Shown here: positions 39,444-49,111 of the stretch, one piece after another
Layout: every line of letters begins with the position of its first letter
Position numbering within the stretch: the stretch's first letter is position 1
Source: Candidatus Doudnabacteria bacterium
GTDB lineage: Bacteria > Patescibacteriota > Doudnabacteria > UBA920
Direction: 5' to 3'
DNA length: 64,000 nucleotides
Assembly (NCBI GenBank): GCA_016218585.1
Contig: JACRDK010000004.1
Coordinates: forward strand, 21,347 to 85,346
Position numbers and translations under genes: made by a program
Notes under the pieces: model-generated
The model's database searches: none
Seen by the model: the letters and a program-made list of their open reading frames with translations, nothing else
Told to the model about the DNA's origin: nothing

Positions 39444-40712
39444 TTAAATTTTTAACAATGATTTAAAAACTTTTTCATCTTTATATGGGCCAATAATTGC
39501 CAAAGTCATTTTCTTTTTATTAAATAGCTCCTTAGCCAATTTTTGGATATCGTCGGCGGTTACCGCGTCAATTTTCTTTAAGGCTTCTTTTGGCGTTAAA
39601 ACTTTTGGATAAAAAGCCTGCCGCTCCAAAAACCAATCAAGCCGAACCTGGTTGTCTTCCAGAGCCAATGCGGTTTTGCCTTTAATATATTCTTTTGCTT
39701 TATTTAACTCTTCTTTACCAACTTTGGTCTTTGCGGCAAATTCCAACACTTGCAAAATAGTTTGTATAGCTTCTTCTATTTTCTCCACTCTCACACCCGC
39801 GTTTACCGAAAAATTTCCGGCGTCTTGGTACGCGCCGCCGCTAGCCCTTACATAATACGCCAGCCCGCGCTTTTCACGAACCTCCATAAATAATCGGCCG
39901 GACATGCCGCCGGAAAGAACTGCGGAAAGAACCGACTGAACGGCAAGGCGCTTATCACTATAAGGCAAGCCCTTAAAGCCAAAGGCCAAATGAGCTTGTT
40001 CTGTTTCCTTAAATTGTAAATTCAATCGGGAAGCATTTTGTCCATCTTTAACTTTTTGCCAACCGCCGGCTTTGGCTTTTGGATACTTTAACCAATGTTT
40101 GGCAATTAGCGAATTTAATTTCTTCTGATCATATTTTCCGGAAATTCCCAAAATCATATTGGTTGTTTGGTAATGCCGATTCATATAATCTTTAAACATT
40201 TCCGGCGTAAACTTGGTGACAATCTCTTTTGTTCCCGCAATATCCCGGCCTAAAGGATCCTGCGGCCACATTGCGCTTTCTAAAATATTATCTATTTCGT
40301 ACATTGGCGCGTCTTTGTACATATTTATTTCTTCTACAATAACGCCTTTCTCTTTTTCCAATTCCACCGCATCCAAAAGGGGCTGCTGAATCATATCGGT
40401 AAGCACTTCAAAAATAAGCGGCAAATGTTGCGAGGCCGCCTTAATGTAGAACTGGGTATGTTCCTTGCCGGTATTAGCGTTCATTTCCCCGCCAATGGAA
40501 TCCACCAGGGTGGAAATTGCCAAAGCTGTCGGGTATTTTTTGGTTCCTTTAAACAAAAAATGTTCCAAAAAATGGGAAATGCCATTTTCTTTTTCCGTTT
40601 CGCTTCTGGAGCCGGTCTTAATAAAAAAATCCACCACCACGCTTTCCGCGTCGGTGGAAGGAACCTGAATTATGGTTAAACCGTTTTTTAAAACTTGTTT
40701 GGTATATTTCAT
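39444..40712 (-). CDS. M16 (pitrilysin) family zinc peptidase
   Basis: HFLEH inverted zinc motif, FKGT, VREKRGLAY. Confidence 0.95.
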   Translation of the reverse strand: MKYTKQVLKNGLTIIQVPSTDAESVVVDFFIKTGSRSETEKENGISHFLEHFLFKGTKKYPTALAISTLVDSIGGEMNANTGKEHTQFYIKAASQHLPLIFEVLTDMIQQPLLDAVELEKEKGVIVEEINMYKDAPMYEIDNILESAMWPQDPLGRDIAGTKEIVTKFTPEMFKDYMNRHYQTTNMILGISGKYDQKKLNSLIAKHWLKYPKAKAGGWQKVKDGQNASRLNLQFKETEQAHLAFGFKGLPYSDKRLAVQSVLSAVLSGGMSGRLFMEVREKRGLAYYVRASGGAYQDAGNFSVNAGVRVEKIEEAIQTILQVLEFAAKTKVGKEELNKAKEYIKGKTALALEDNQVRLDWFLERQAFYPKVLTPKEALKKIDAVTADDIQKLAKELFNKKKMTLAIIGPYKDEKVFKSLLKI

Positions 40713-40718
40713 AGCACT

Positions 40719-41270
40719 TTAAAATTCCTCGCTAGATAATAGGCTCATTAATTTTTCATAATCATCTAGTTGACTGGAGTATCGTTTACAGTCGGACTCC
40801 AAGTCTTCTTTTGTTAACTTTAATCCTCCAAAAACATCGGGACTGTTAATTGCTTCTTTTATCATACCAACTTCGGTAATGACAGAATTCGGCAAGTAGG
40901 TCATAATTTCTGACTCCTTTATATGCCCCAGGGCCCAATCCATAAATTCTTGTCGCTGGACTGCAATTTCTTTATGCCTAGTTTCAGGTTCTTCAAATAA
41001 CTTTTTCTGTTTAATAAGTTCTAGTCGCAACTCTTGTTTTTTTGCGTTCTCCGACTCAACCATTTTGTCAAAAAGTTCATTTATTGGCTCAACCTTTTCT
41101 TTTTTAATATTTGCTGCCTTGGCTCTTATTTTTTCAGCGACACTTTTATACTGCGCTTCCAAGCTGGCTGCCCGCTGGCTTAAAGCGTCTAATGTCGATA
41201 AATATTCCCTTAATTCTGGCTTTTGTACTTCGGGCTCTTGTATGCGGCCTCTTGATTCTGTCCCGATCAT
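40719..41270 (-). CDS. Hypothetical coiled-coil protein
   Basis: 183-aa charged helical ORF with ATGA-type coupling to neighbour. Confidence 0.65.
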   Translation of the reverse strand: MIGTESRGRIQEPEVQKPELREYLSTLDALSQRAASLEAQYKSVAEKIRAKAANIKKEKVEPINELFDKMVESENAKKQELRLELIKQKKLFEEPETRHKEIAVQRQEFMDWALGHIKESEIMTYLPNSVITEVGMIKEAINSPDVFGGLKLTKEDLESDCKRYSSQLDDYEKLMSLLSSEEF

Positions 41271-42349
41271 ATAATATTGTCTTTTAATTTTGTGGGAACA
41301 TTAATAAACTTTTCAACGTTTCCTTGCTTTAAATATACCAAATCTTCAATTCTTATGCCACCACAGCTTGGCAAATAAACCCCCGGCTCAATGCTAAAAA
41401 CCATATTATTTTGCATTATACTTTTAGATTTGGGCGATATATTTGGCAATTCGTGAATTTCCAAACCTGTCCCATGCCCTAAGGAATGAATAAAGTACTT
41501 ATCTAAATCTTTCTCCGCTAAAACTTTTACAGACAAGTCGTAAACTTTATCAGCCAAAGTCCCGGATTTTGTAAAATTAATCGCCTGATTATAAGCTTCC
41601 TCGACTTGATTATAAGCATCGGCTAATTTGGCGGGAGCTGTCTTTAAAAAAACAGTCCTGGTAAAATCACTGCAATAATTTTTATACTTAAAACCGAAGT
41701 CCAAAATTATTGACTCTCCGGTCTTAAGTTTTTTCTTTGATGGTACATGATGAGGAATGGCAGCATTGGCTCCGCTGGCAACTATTGCCGGAAAACTAAC
41801 GTCTTCGGCTCCTAGTTTTAAACCGGCTGATTCAATAAACTTTGCCAAGCCCTCTTCCGTCATCCCCGGTTTTTTTATTTCTTTTCTTACCAGTTTAAAC
41901 ACAGCCTCCACAATTTGCATGGACTTTTTTACCAACGCAATTTCCATGGGCTCTTTAATTACCCGCATCTGATCTACCGGGCTTAGCTCCGGCTTGACTT
42001 CAATCTTTAATCCTAAATCTTTAAGCTTACTTTTTATATACTCGCCTTCTCCGTAATTAAAACCCCATTCTAAATCCAGACGTTTTTGTTTTTTTAAATA
42101 TTTGCCGATATTTTTCAAGCTGTCAGAATTTTTGATCCAATGCATAGCTTCGAGCCCGCTGCCAAAACCGACCACATCCGTGTTAGTCCGTCCTTTATCC
42201 GCGTTTTTCCGTCTTGGGCTCACCAACAAATATTCTTCAGCGCGTATATCAAAAGACCGGCCAGTTAAATAAAACAGGTTCTCTTTCTTTTTTATTAAAA
42301 TAGGATTCTGAATTTTCGCCTGGAGTATTTTTAGGCGCGATGTATTCAT
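41267..42349 (-). CDS. Xaa-Pro aminopeptidase (M24)
   Basis: PHH, DFG, SDFTRT, HSLGHGTG, EPG, GIRIED. Confidence 0.93.
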   Translation of the reverse strand: MNTSRLKILQAKIQNPILIKKKENLFYLTGRSFDIRAEEYLLVSPRRKNADKGRTNTDVVGFGSGLEAMHWIKNSDSLKNIGKYLKKQKRLDLEWGFNYGEGEYIKSKLKDLGLKIEVKPELSPVDQMRVIKEPMEIALVKKSMQIVEAVFKLVRKEIKKPGMTEEGLAKFIESAGLKLGAEDVSFPAIVASGANAAIPHHVPSKKKLKTGESIILDFGFKYKNYCSDFTRTVFLKTAPAKLADAYNQVEEAYNQAINFTKSGTLADKVYDLSVKVLAEKDLDKYFIHSLGHGTGLEIHELPNISPKSKSIMQNNMVFSIEPGVYLPSCGGIRIEDLVYLKQGNVEKFINVPTKLKDNII

Positions 42350-42359
42350 TATTTATTTT

Positions 42360-42790
42360 CCCTCCCCTGATTAAGGGGAGGGATTAAGGGAGAGGTTGGC
42401 TTAAATATTTTGCTTTATTATTTCCAACACCCCATTAATATTTTTATCTATATCATTATTCCAAAACCTTAAAACTTTATAACCTTGCTTAGAAGCGAAA
42501 TCTTGTTTTAGAATATCATACTGGTTAATATGTAACTCACTATGCTGGCTGCCATCAAGTTCAATAAGAAGCATTTTTCCTCTACAACTGAAGTCAAAAA
42601 TATATTGTCCGATTTGGACTTGCCGTTTAAATTTTAAATTGCAAAACCGTCCGGCACGCAAGTATTGCCATAATTTTGTTTCCCAAGGGTTGTGAGTTTT
42701 TCGAAGTACGCGAGAATTGGTTAAATAAGGTTCGGGGATAATTCTTTTCATACAACCTCTCCCCTGCCCCTCTCCTTAGAAGGAGAGGGA
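42360..42790. mobile_element. DUF559 gene bracketed by inverted REP-like elements
   Basis: CCCTCCCC..GGGGAGGG..GGGAGAGGTT (42360-42397) and AACCTCTCCC..CCCTCTCC..GGAGAGGG (42754-42790). Confidence 0.75.
42401..42751 (-). CDS. DUF559 / Vsr-like endonuclease domain protein
   Basis: ETKLWQYLR, KFKRQ, FDF, IELDGSQH, VLRFWN. Confidence 0.92.
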   Translation of the reverse strand: MKRIIPEPYLTNSRVLRKTHNPWETKLWQYLRAGRFCNLKFKRQVQIGQYIFDFSCRGKMLLIELDGSQHSELHINQYDILKQDFASKQGYKVLRFWNNDIDKNINGVLEIIKQNI

Positions 42791-42791
42791 A

Positions 42792-44108
42792 TTACTGCAA
42801 TGATTTTTTAATATAATCCGCCAATTCGCTAATTTTTATTCTTGGCTGTTCTTTTGTGTCGCGGTTGCGCACAGTGACACAGTCGTCTTTTTCTACGGTG
42901 TCAAAATCCACTGTTACGCAAAACGGCGTACCAATTTCGTCCTGGCTGTAGTATCTTTTTCCCACGTTGCCGCGATCATCCCAGGCAACGTTAAAATGTT
43001 TTTGTAAATCTTTGTAAACTTCTCTGGCTTTGCCAACCAGCTGTTCTTTATTTTTAAGCAATGGGAATACAGCAACAGTATAAGGAGCCAATTTTGCCGG
43101 TAAGTGTAAAATTATATTTTCCGGGTTGCTGTCGTCGTAAGCTTCACAAAGCACCGCCAATACGCTGCGGTCAACTCCCCAGGTCGGTTCTATGCAATGA
43201 GGAATAAATTTTTCGCCGGATTGCGGGTCAGTATAACGAATATCCTGTTTTGAGCTTTCCATGTGATTTTTCAAATCAAAGTCCGTTCGGTAAGCCAAAC
43301 CGTAAAGTTCGCTAACGCCAAAAGGAAAATGGTATTCAAAATCTATAGTGCGCTTGCTGTAATGTGCCAATTCATCTTTAGGAACTTCCAACTCGTGGAC
43401 GTGTTCCCATTTTAAACCTAAAACTTCTGTCATCCAGGCTTTCATTTCTCCGCGCCACATTTCAAAAACATTATTCCAATCTTCATCGTTTTGCGGGGGC
43501 TTAATAAAATATTCAATTTCCATTTGTTCAAACTCGCGGGTGCGGAAAATAAAATTTCCCGGGGTTATTTCATTGCGAAAAGCCTTGCCCTGCTGGGCAA
43601 TGCCAAACGGGAGCTGTTTTCTGGAAGTATCTAAAACGTTTTTAAAATCCACAAACATCGCCTGCGCGGTTTCCGGCCTAAAATAAGCAACATTTGCCTG
43701 CTCCTGCGCCGGACCAATGTATGTTTGGAACATTAAATTAAACATCTTGGCCTCGGAAAACTCCTTGCCGCCGCAACCTTCACACTTCTCCGGCAGCTTG
43801 TCCTGGCGGTATCTCATATGGCATTTTTTGCACTCCACCAAGGGATCGGAAAAATTCTGCAAATGTCCGCTCGCCTGCCAAACTTTTGGGTTCATTATTA
43901 AAGCCGCGTCTATGCCTACCATATCATCGCGCTGTTTAACAAACCTGCTCCACCAAGCCTGCTTAATATTATTTTTTAATTCCACACCCAAAGGACCATA
44001 GTCCCATGAGTTAGCCATGCCGCCATAAATTTCACTGCCGGGAAATACAAACCCGCGGCGCTTACAAAGTGAAACTATTTTATCCATCAAATCATTTTTT
44101 TCAGCCAT
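42792..44108 (-). CDS. glyQS: Glycine--tRNA ligase, alpha2 type
   Basis: SEIYGG, DYGPLG, RPETAQ, FRNEITP, REFEQME. Confidence 0.97.
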   Translation of the reverse strand: MAEKNDLMDKIVSLCKRRGFVFPGSEIYGGMANSWDYGPLGVELKNNIKQAWWSRFVKQRDDMVGIDAALIMNPKVWQASGHLQNFSDPLVECKKCHMRYRQDKLPEKCEGCGGKEFSEAKMFNLMFQTYIGPAQEQANVAYFRPETAQAMFVDFKNVLDTSRKQLPFGIAQQGKAFRNEITPGNFIFRTREFEQMEIEYFIKPPQNDEDWNNVFEMWRGEMKAWMTEVLGLKWEHVHELEVPKDELAHYSKRTIDFEYHFPFGVSELYGLAYRTDFDLKNHMESSKQDIRYTDPQSGEKFIPHCIEPTWGVDRSVLAVLCEAYDDSNPENIILHLPAKLAPYTVAVFPLLKNKEQLVGKAREVYKDLQKHFNVAWDDRGNVGKRYYSQDEIGTPFCVTVDFDTVEKDDCVTVRNRDTKEQPRIKISELADYIKKSLQ

Positions 44109-44312
44109 AAATCTACAAAATTAAAAATTAATCTGACACTACAGAAACCTACAGAACCTAAACTTTATAAACGCTTAAATAATGAAATTCTGTGAGTTTC
44201 TGTAGTGTTCCTCGCCGGTTTATTCTGAAGTATTATACCAAAACCGCCATATTTTGGCTAATTACTAAAACAGCCACTTTGTCAGTGACTGTTTTAGATT
44301 TATAGTTTCTAG

Positions 44313-47294
44313 TTACTGTGGCGATCCGCCTTCGTTGAGTTTGCTGGCTCTATTAAATATTCCCAAAGTTGAACTTCCGGTAAAACTATTTACGCCGTCG
44401 CCCGTTGCTGTCGACAAGCAGAAAATATTAGCACCAGAATTCGAATTCGCGTAATACGAAGCCCAAATATTATAATATCCATTATCTAAGGCTGAAATTC
44501 CTGTAGCATAAGGAATTGCCGCGCCGGTGGTTGTGCCAACGGTGCCATTTTGAATGTCAAAATATACCCAGCTGCCGCAAGTGGAAATAAAGGACAATGC
44601 GGCCCAAGTTCTGCCGTTTGGTTTTACTTCCGCTGAAACTGTATAGAGCGCTTGGCTTTTTACGTAACTGCCCAAAGCATAATTTACCCGGTGAATTAAG
44701 TTCTGCGTATTTTCCATAAATGAGTTTGCGGTTCTTGTTCCTACGCCTTGCACCGCCCAGGTGCCTTGGGTCATATCTACATTTGCGGTTGAAGGGAATA
44801 ATTGCGCAATTGTTGCGGGAGTAGTATTTAACTCCTGGCTTAACACTGTCCTGACTGTTGGCAAAGAATAATATGTTGTGGTTGCAATAACATATTTAAA
44901 ATTCTGTCCGAGATAGCTGTTATAATCGGCGCTAAAATTGGCAACGCTAACTCCGCCTAAGCTATAAATTGTTTGCGTGCCGTCGTTAACTGTTGGGGAA
45001 TTCCAGGTATTGCCGCGAGAGCTCAAAGAAGAGCCCGTGCCGGACATTGTAATTCCGCCAATTAACGTTGAACTGGCAATTGTTAACGCTGCGTTAGTTC
45101 CGCTTAAATACGCGGCGGTTCCGGTTCCGGTTAGAGTAACGTTGCTCATGCTAATAATCTCCCCTGTTGTATTAGTTCCGGCCAGAGCTCTGCCTCCATT
45201 TGTCATTTGGCAGCTAGAATTAGAAATGGTTGTGGTGCCAACTCCTGCCTGGAAACAAGCAGTGCTCGAAGAGTCCGCGGGAGAATTGGTGATTGTGGTA
45301 TTTTTAATTATAAAGTTGGAAACTTCATTAGCCGCCGGACCTCTCATATTATCTGAGGTTAAATTATCAACTGTAACGGTGCCGAAAGTGTCGGGCGTTC
45401 CACCGGTATGGGAAATAAAAGAAGAGGCGCCTGCCACATAAGTGGTTGAATCATTATAAGCGGTACTATTCCTAACTTCGCCGCTGCCGCCGTTGGCAAA
45501 GAACGAACCCGGGTGCAATACGTACATGCCATAGCCGCCATTATGAGCCACGGAGTCAGTAACCAAAGAGCCGTCTGAAAAATAATATTGATGGCTATAA
45601 CTTTCTTCCGATAAACAATTGGAAATATATGCGTTAGTAAAGGCGCGGATTGAACCGTCGTTTGCCTGAACTCTTCTAGCATGAAGGCCAATATACCTGG
45701 TGCCATCTTTGGAACTGTCTACCGCTCTGGCTCTTGCCGTATATTCATACTGACTGCCGTTTGAAGAAGGATTCCCGGTTGTTGCGTGCACATAAATTGT
45801 CGGCGAAGTTGTACTAGCGTTGCCAATATAAAAACTTCCGGCTATAGAATCACAACTTGAAGTTGACGTCTGCATAGAAAGACGGGATCCATTTTCAAAA
45901 ACCCAAATTTGGTTAGGGTTGGCGTTATCAGATGGCAAAACCGCTTTATAGCAATTGGTTGTCCCGGCAGTAAGGCTCCAGGCAGACGAAGAAATAATGT
46001 CAGAGGCATCAACCAATGGCTTAGCTCCGGATCCATAAGATTGAACGGTCATGTTATCTCTGGGAACTGTAAGAGTTTCTCTCCAGGCAGAGTCGGTAAC
46101 CAAATTCCATGTATTAAGAGGCGCGGAGGCATCTACAGTTTGCAGGCGGGAAATTGTTTTTACAGCCTGCGCCGGAGATAACCCGGAGTTGCTGTCATTG
46201 CCGTTAACGGAATCTACATAATAAGTTGGCGTAGGGTTTGTATAATCTGCCGAGGTTACCGTATTACTGCTTGCGTCAGTGGATTTAATATGAAAATGGT
46301 AGGCGGTTGTGGTTGCTAATCCGGTTAAAACCAGCGAATGGGAAGTTACCATCGATGCAGACGAAGTTGAAAATCCATACGAAGTTGTTGTTCCATATTC
46401 AATTAACGAATTAGATAATTCGTCGGTAGTCCAGGTTATTTGTAAACTGGTTGCTGTTGGCGTACTGGTAGCAACCGAAGAGATTACCGGCGCGGTTGTA
46501 TCTGGCGTAGAGCCGGAAGACCCTCCGGAAGATGAGCCGCCTCCCCCGCCACCACTGGCATAACCGCCGCTGTAAGTAGGCGGGGGGTTATTATTTCCGG
46601 TTGTATTATTGGAAGATGAACCATTATTGGCTACGGTGGTTCTGGTTTCCACCACTCCGCCAACAGGCAAAGCTAAATCTGCTTCATTAGCAGGGACCAC
46701 TGTTTTAAAATCATTATCTATATGCCATGCATTATAGACGTCCAAAGAAGGATAAGGATAGAGTGTTCCGTTATTTATCCAATAAATCGTGCCGTTGCTT
46801 AAAATATCAACTCCGTTTAAATGAGCGGATGATGAATCGAAAATATTAGAACCTTTTGGCAGCAGCTGTTCTTCCGGATTAGTTACCAAAAGTACGGACG
46901 TAAATCTAAAGCCGAGCCCAAGAAAAACTTCTGCGGAAGTAAAAGCGCGGCGCGTGCCATCGGACACCAAATAAACGGTTTTATCTTCGGCAGATTTAAT
47001 TAAAGCTCCGTTATTTGGAAGCAAAAGACTTCCCTGCGGCAAGCTTAAATCTTCGGCCGTTGCCGCGGCTGCATCCTTAAATTCAAAACCATAGGAAAAT
47101 AAAATTCCGGGACTGGTTACTCCTTGCAGCGTATTGTTTTGGATTAAATAAAATGTTCCGTTGTTATTTATAAGCCTTATTGGATTTGATTTTGGAAAAG
47201 TTAGCGTCTCCCCCATAACTCGCATAGGAAAAGGAGTAAAAATAAAAATCGCTGTAATTATCAAATAAAAAAAAGACCGCTTTAAAATATCCAT
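44313..47294 (-). CDS. Large secreted/surface protein: three N-terminal repeats, Gly/Ser linker, FN3-like domain, beta-helix-like region
   Basis: Signal-like N-terminus; ITWTTDE...EYGTT; YYVDSVNGNDSNSG; Ser/Thr/Asn rich. Confidence 0.85.
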   Translation of the reverse strand: MDILKRSFFYLIITAIFIFTPFPMRVMGETLTFPKSNPIRLINNNGTFYLIQNNTLQGVTSPGILFSYGFEFKDAAAATAEDLSLPQGSLLLPNNGALIKSAEDKTVYLVSDGTRRAFTSAEVFLGLGFRFTSVLLVTNPEEQLLPKGSNIFDSSSAHLNGVDILSNGTIYWINNGTLYPYPSLDVYNAWHIDNDFKTVVPANEADLALPVGGVVETRTTVANNGSSSNNTTGNNNPPPTYSGGYASGGGGGGSSSGGSSGSTPDTTAPVISSVATSTPTATSLQITWTTDELSNSLIEYGTTTSYGFSTSSASMVTSHSLVLTGLATTTAYHFHIKSTDASSNTVTSADYTNPTPTYYVDSVNGNDSNSGLSPAQAVKTISRLQTVDASAPLNTWNLVTDSAWRETLTVPRDNMTVQSYGSGAKPLVDASDIISSSAWSLTAGTTNCYKAVLPSDNANPNQIWVFENGSRLSMQTSTSSCDSIAGSFYIGNASTTSPTIYVHATTGNPSSNGSQYEYTARARAVDSSKDGTRYIGLHARRVQANDGSIRAFTNAYISNCLSEESYSHQYYFSDGSLVTDSVAHNGGYGMYVLHPGSFFANGGSGEVRNSTAYNDSTTYVAGASSFISHTGGTPDTFGTVTVDNLTSDNMRGPAANEVSNFIIKNTTITNSPADSSSTACFQAGVGTTTISNSSCQMTNGGRALAGTNTTGEIISMSNVTLTGTGTAAYLSGTNAALTIASSTLIGGITMSGTGSSLSSRGNTWNSPTVNDGTQTIYSLGGVSVANFSADYNSYLGQNFKYVIATTTYYSLPTVRTVLSQELNTTPATIAQLFPSTANVDMTQGTWAVQGVGTRTANSFMENTQNLIHRVNYALGSYVKSQALYTVSAEVKPNGRTWAALSFISTCGSWVYFDIQNGTVGTTTGAAIPYATGISALDNGYYNIWASYYANSNSGANIFCLSTATGDGVNSFTGSSTLGIFNRASKLNEGGSPQ

Positions 47295-47432
47295 TATAAA
47301 TAACGTTTAATTTTTTTGTCTATTGGGACTAAAAGTGCCCTCGAGATTTAGTAATTATGTGTGCTTTAATCATAAATAATAAAAACTTTAATGTCAAAAA
47401 AACTCAAGGGAAATCCCTTGAGTTTTTATAAT

Positions 47433-48680
47433 TTAAATTTTTGGTTCGGTGTAATCTTTGTAATCTCTAACCATATCTTCAAAATAATCATAACTAATTG
47501 CGGTGCGAATTTTTTTCATCAGATTTAAATAGAAACGCAAATTATGCATTGTTGCCAGGCGAATGGCCAGAGGCTCGCCTGTGGCGAACAAATGTCGCAA
47601 ATAACTGCGCGTATGGTTTAAACACAAATAACAATCACAGGTGTTATCTATTGTTGTAAAATCTTCTTTATATTTTTCCAAACGAATATCTATAGTAGAA
47701 TAACCTTCCTTTTTTGTGTCATCCCGGCCTTCGAGCCGGGATCCAGGATTCACTGCACTGGATTCCGGATACCCCTCGGATGCACTTGGGCTTCCGGAAT
47801 GACAAACAGCCGAAACATACAAACGCCCATGTCGTGCTTCGCGGGTAGGAATAACACAATCAAAAGTATCGCAGCCTCTGCTGGCGGCCTGAACTATATC
47901 AAATGGAGTTCCAACGCCCAAAAGATGCTTTGGTGAATTTTCCGGCAAATGGGGAATTGCGGCCTCAACTGCTTTCATCATTTCCTCGTGCGGCTCCCCT
48001 ACTGCCACGCCGCCAATGGCAAAAGCTTCAAAACCAAGAGCCACCATATCTTTGGCGGATTGTTCTCGCAAATCCGGGAATGAAGCGCCCTGAACTATGC
48101 CCCAAAGTTTTTGTCCGGGGTTTATAGGGTCGCCGTCTATAATTATTTTTTGATATTCTCTAATTGCCCGCTCGGCCCAGCGCTTGGTAAGCGCAATGGA
48201 TTCCTTGCTTCGTTCATACTCAAAAGGATAGCCGGGAAAATCGTCTAAAATTAGCGCAATGTCGCTTCCTAAATTCGCCTGAATGTCTACCGACTTTTCC
48301 GGAGACAAAATTTCTGTTTTGCCGTCCAAGTCAAACTGAAACACCACGCCGCCTTCCCCTACTTTTCTCATTTTGGCCAAAGAGAAAACTTGAAATCCTC
48401 CCGAGTCCGTAAAAATCGGCCCTTTCCAATTCATAAATTCGTGCAAGCCGCCGGCTTTATAAATAAGGCCGTCTCCCGGCCTTTGCCAGAGATGGTAGGT
48501 ATTGGCTAAAATAATATCCGCACCCCAGAATTTTAATTCTTCGGAAGTTATTGATTTTACCGCACCCTTTGTGCCAATTGGCAAAAACGCCGGAGTTTGA
48601 ATATCTCCGTGAGCGGTATGAATAACACCCGTTCTAGCGCGAGAGCCGGGATCGGATTTTAAAATTTCAAAATATGGCAT
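47433..48680 (-). CDS. tgt: tRNA-guanine transglycosylase
   Basis: ANTYHL, DSGGFQVFSL, GIVQG, FDCVIPTR, CDCYLC, HN. Confidence 0.97.
   Translation of the reverse strand: MPYFEILKSDPGSRARTGVIHTAHGDIQTPAFLPIGTKGAVKSITSEELKFWGADIILANTYHLWQRPGDGLIYKAGGLHEFMNWKGPIFTDSGGFQVFSLAKMRKVGEGGVVFQFDLDGKTEILSPEKSVDIQANLGSDIALILDDFPGYPFEYERSKESIALTKRWAERAIREYQKIIIDGDPINPGQKLWGIVQGASFPDLREQSAKDMVALGFEAFAIGGVAVGEPHEEMMKAVEAAIPHLPENSPKHLLGVGTPFDIVQAASRGCDTFDCVIPTREARHGRLYVSAVCHSGSPSASEGYPESSAVNPGSRLEGRDDTKKEGYSTIDIRLEKYKEDFTTIDNTCDCYLCLNHTRSYLRHLFATGEPLAIRLATMHNLRFYLNLMKKIRTAISYDYFEDMVRDYKDYTEPKI
47718..47803. repeat. 86-bp palindromic element inside tgt, in frame
   Basis: GTCATCCCGG...CCGGGATCCAG...CTGGATTCCGG...CCGGAATGAC. 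Confidence 0.85.
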
Positions 48681-48758
48681 TGGCTAAATTATAACTGATT
48701 TATCTGAAAGTATAAAGCAAAAAACCGAACTAATTTAGAACGGTTTTTGCTAATAATT

Positions 48759-49097
48759 TTATTGAACTTTTTTATTCTTTTCCTTTTCTAAATCAGCTGA
48801 CAAATCATCCAGAAAATTTTTCAATGGCTTATCGGTATTACTTAGATTGCTTGATAATCCTTTAAAAAAATCTGCTATGCTTTTTGCAACTTCTGCCGCT
48901 TTTTCTGGACTTAAATTTCCAAATCCTTTTATGATTTCGATAATCGCCGCTTGACTCCCATAATCCAATCCCTTAAAAGAACTCTCCAAACTTCCTACCC
49001 AGCCCCTAGCTTCAGCCGGGACTTTGACTCCACTAAGTTCATTTAACTTACGAGAGGAACTAGAAATTCTGCCTTGTGAATTTTCTAATGAGTTCAT
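48759..49097 (-). CDS. Hypothetical protein
   Basis: 112-aa ORF directly after pnp. Confidence 0.6.
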   Translation of the reverse strand: MNSLENSQGRISSSSRKLNELSGVKVPAEARGWVGSLESSFKGLDYGSQAAIIEIIKGFGNLSPEKAAEVAKSIADFFKGLSSNLSNTDKPLKNFLDDLSADLEKEKNKKVQ

Positions 49098-49111
49098 ATT
49101 TTTATAATTAT

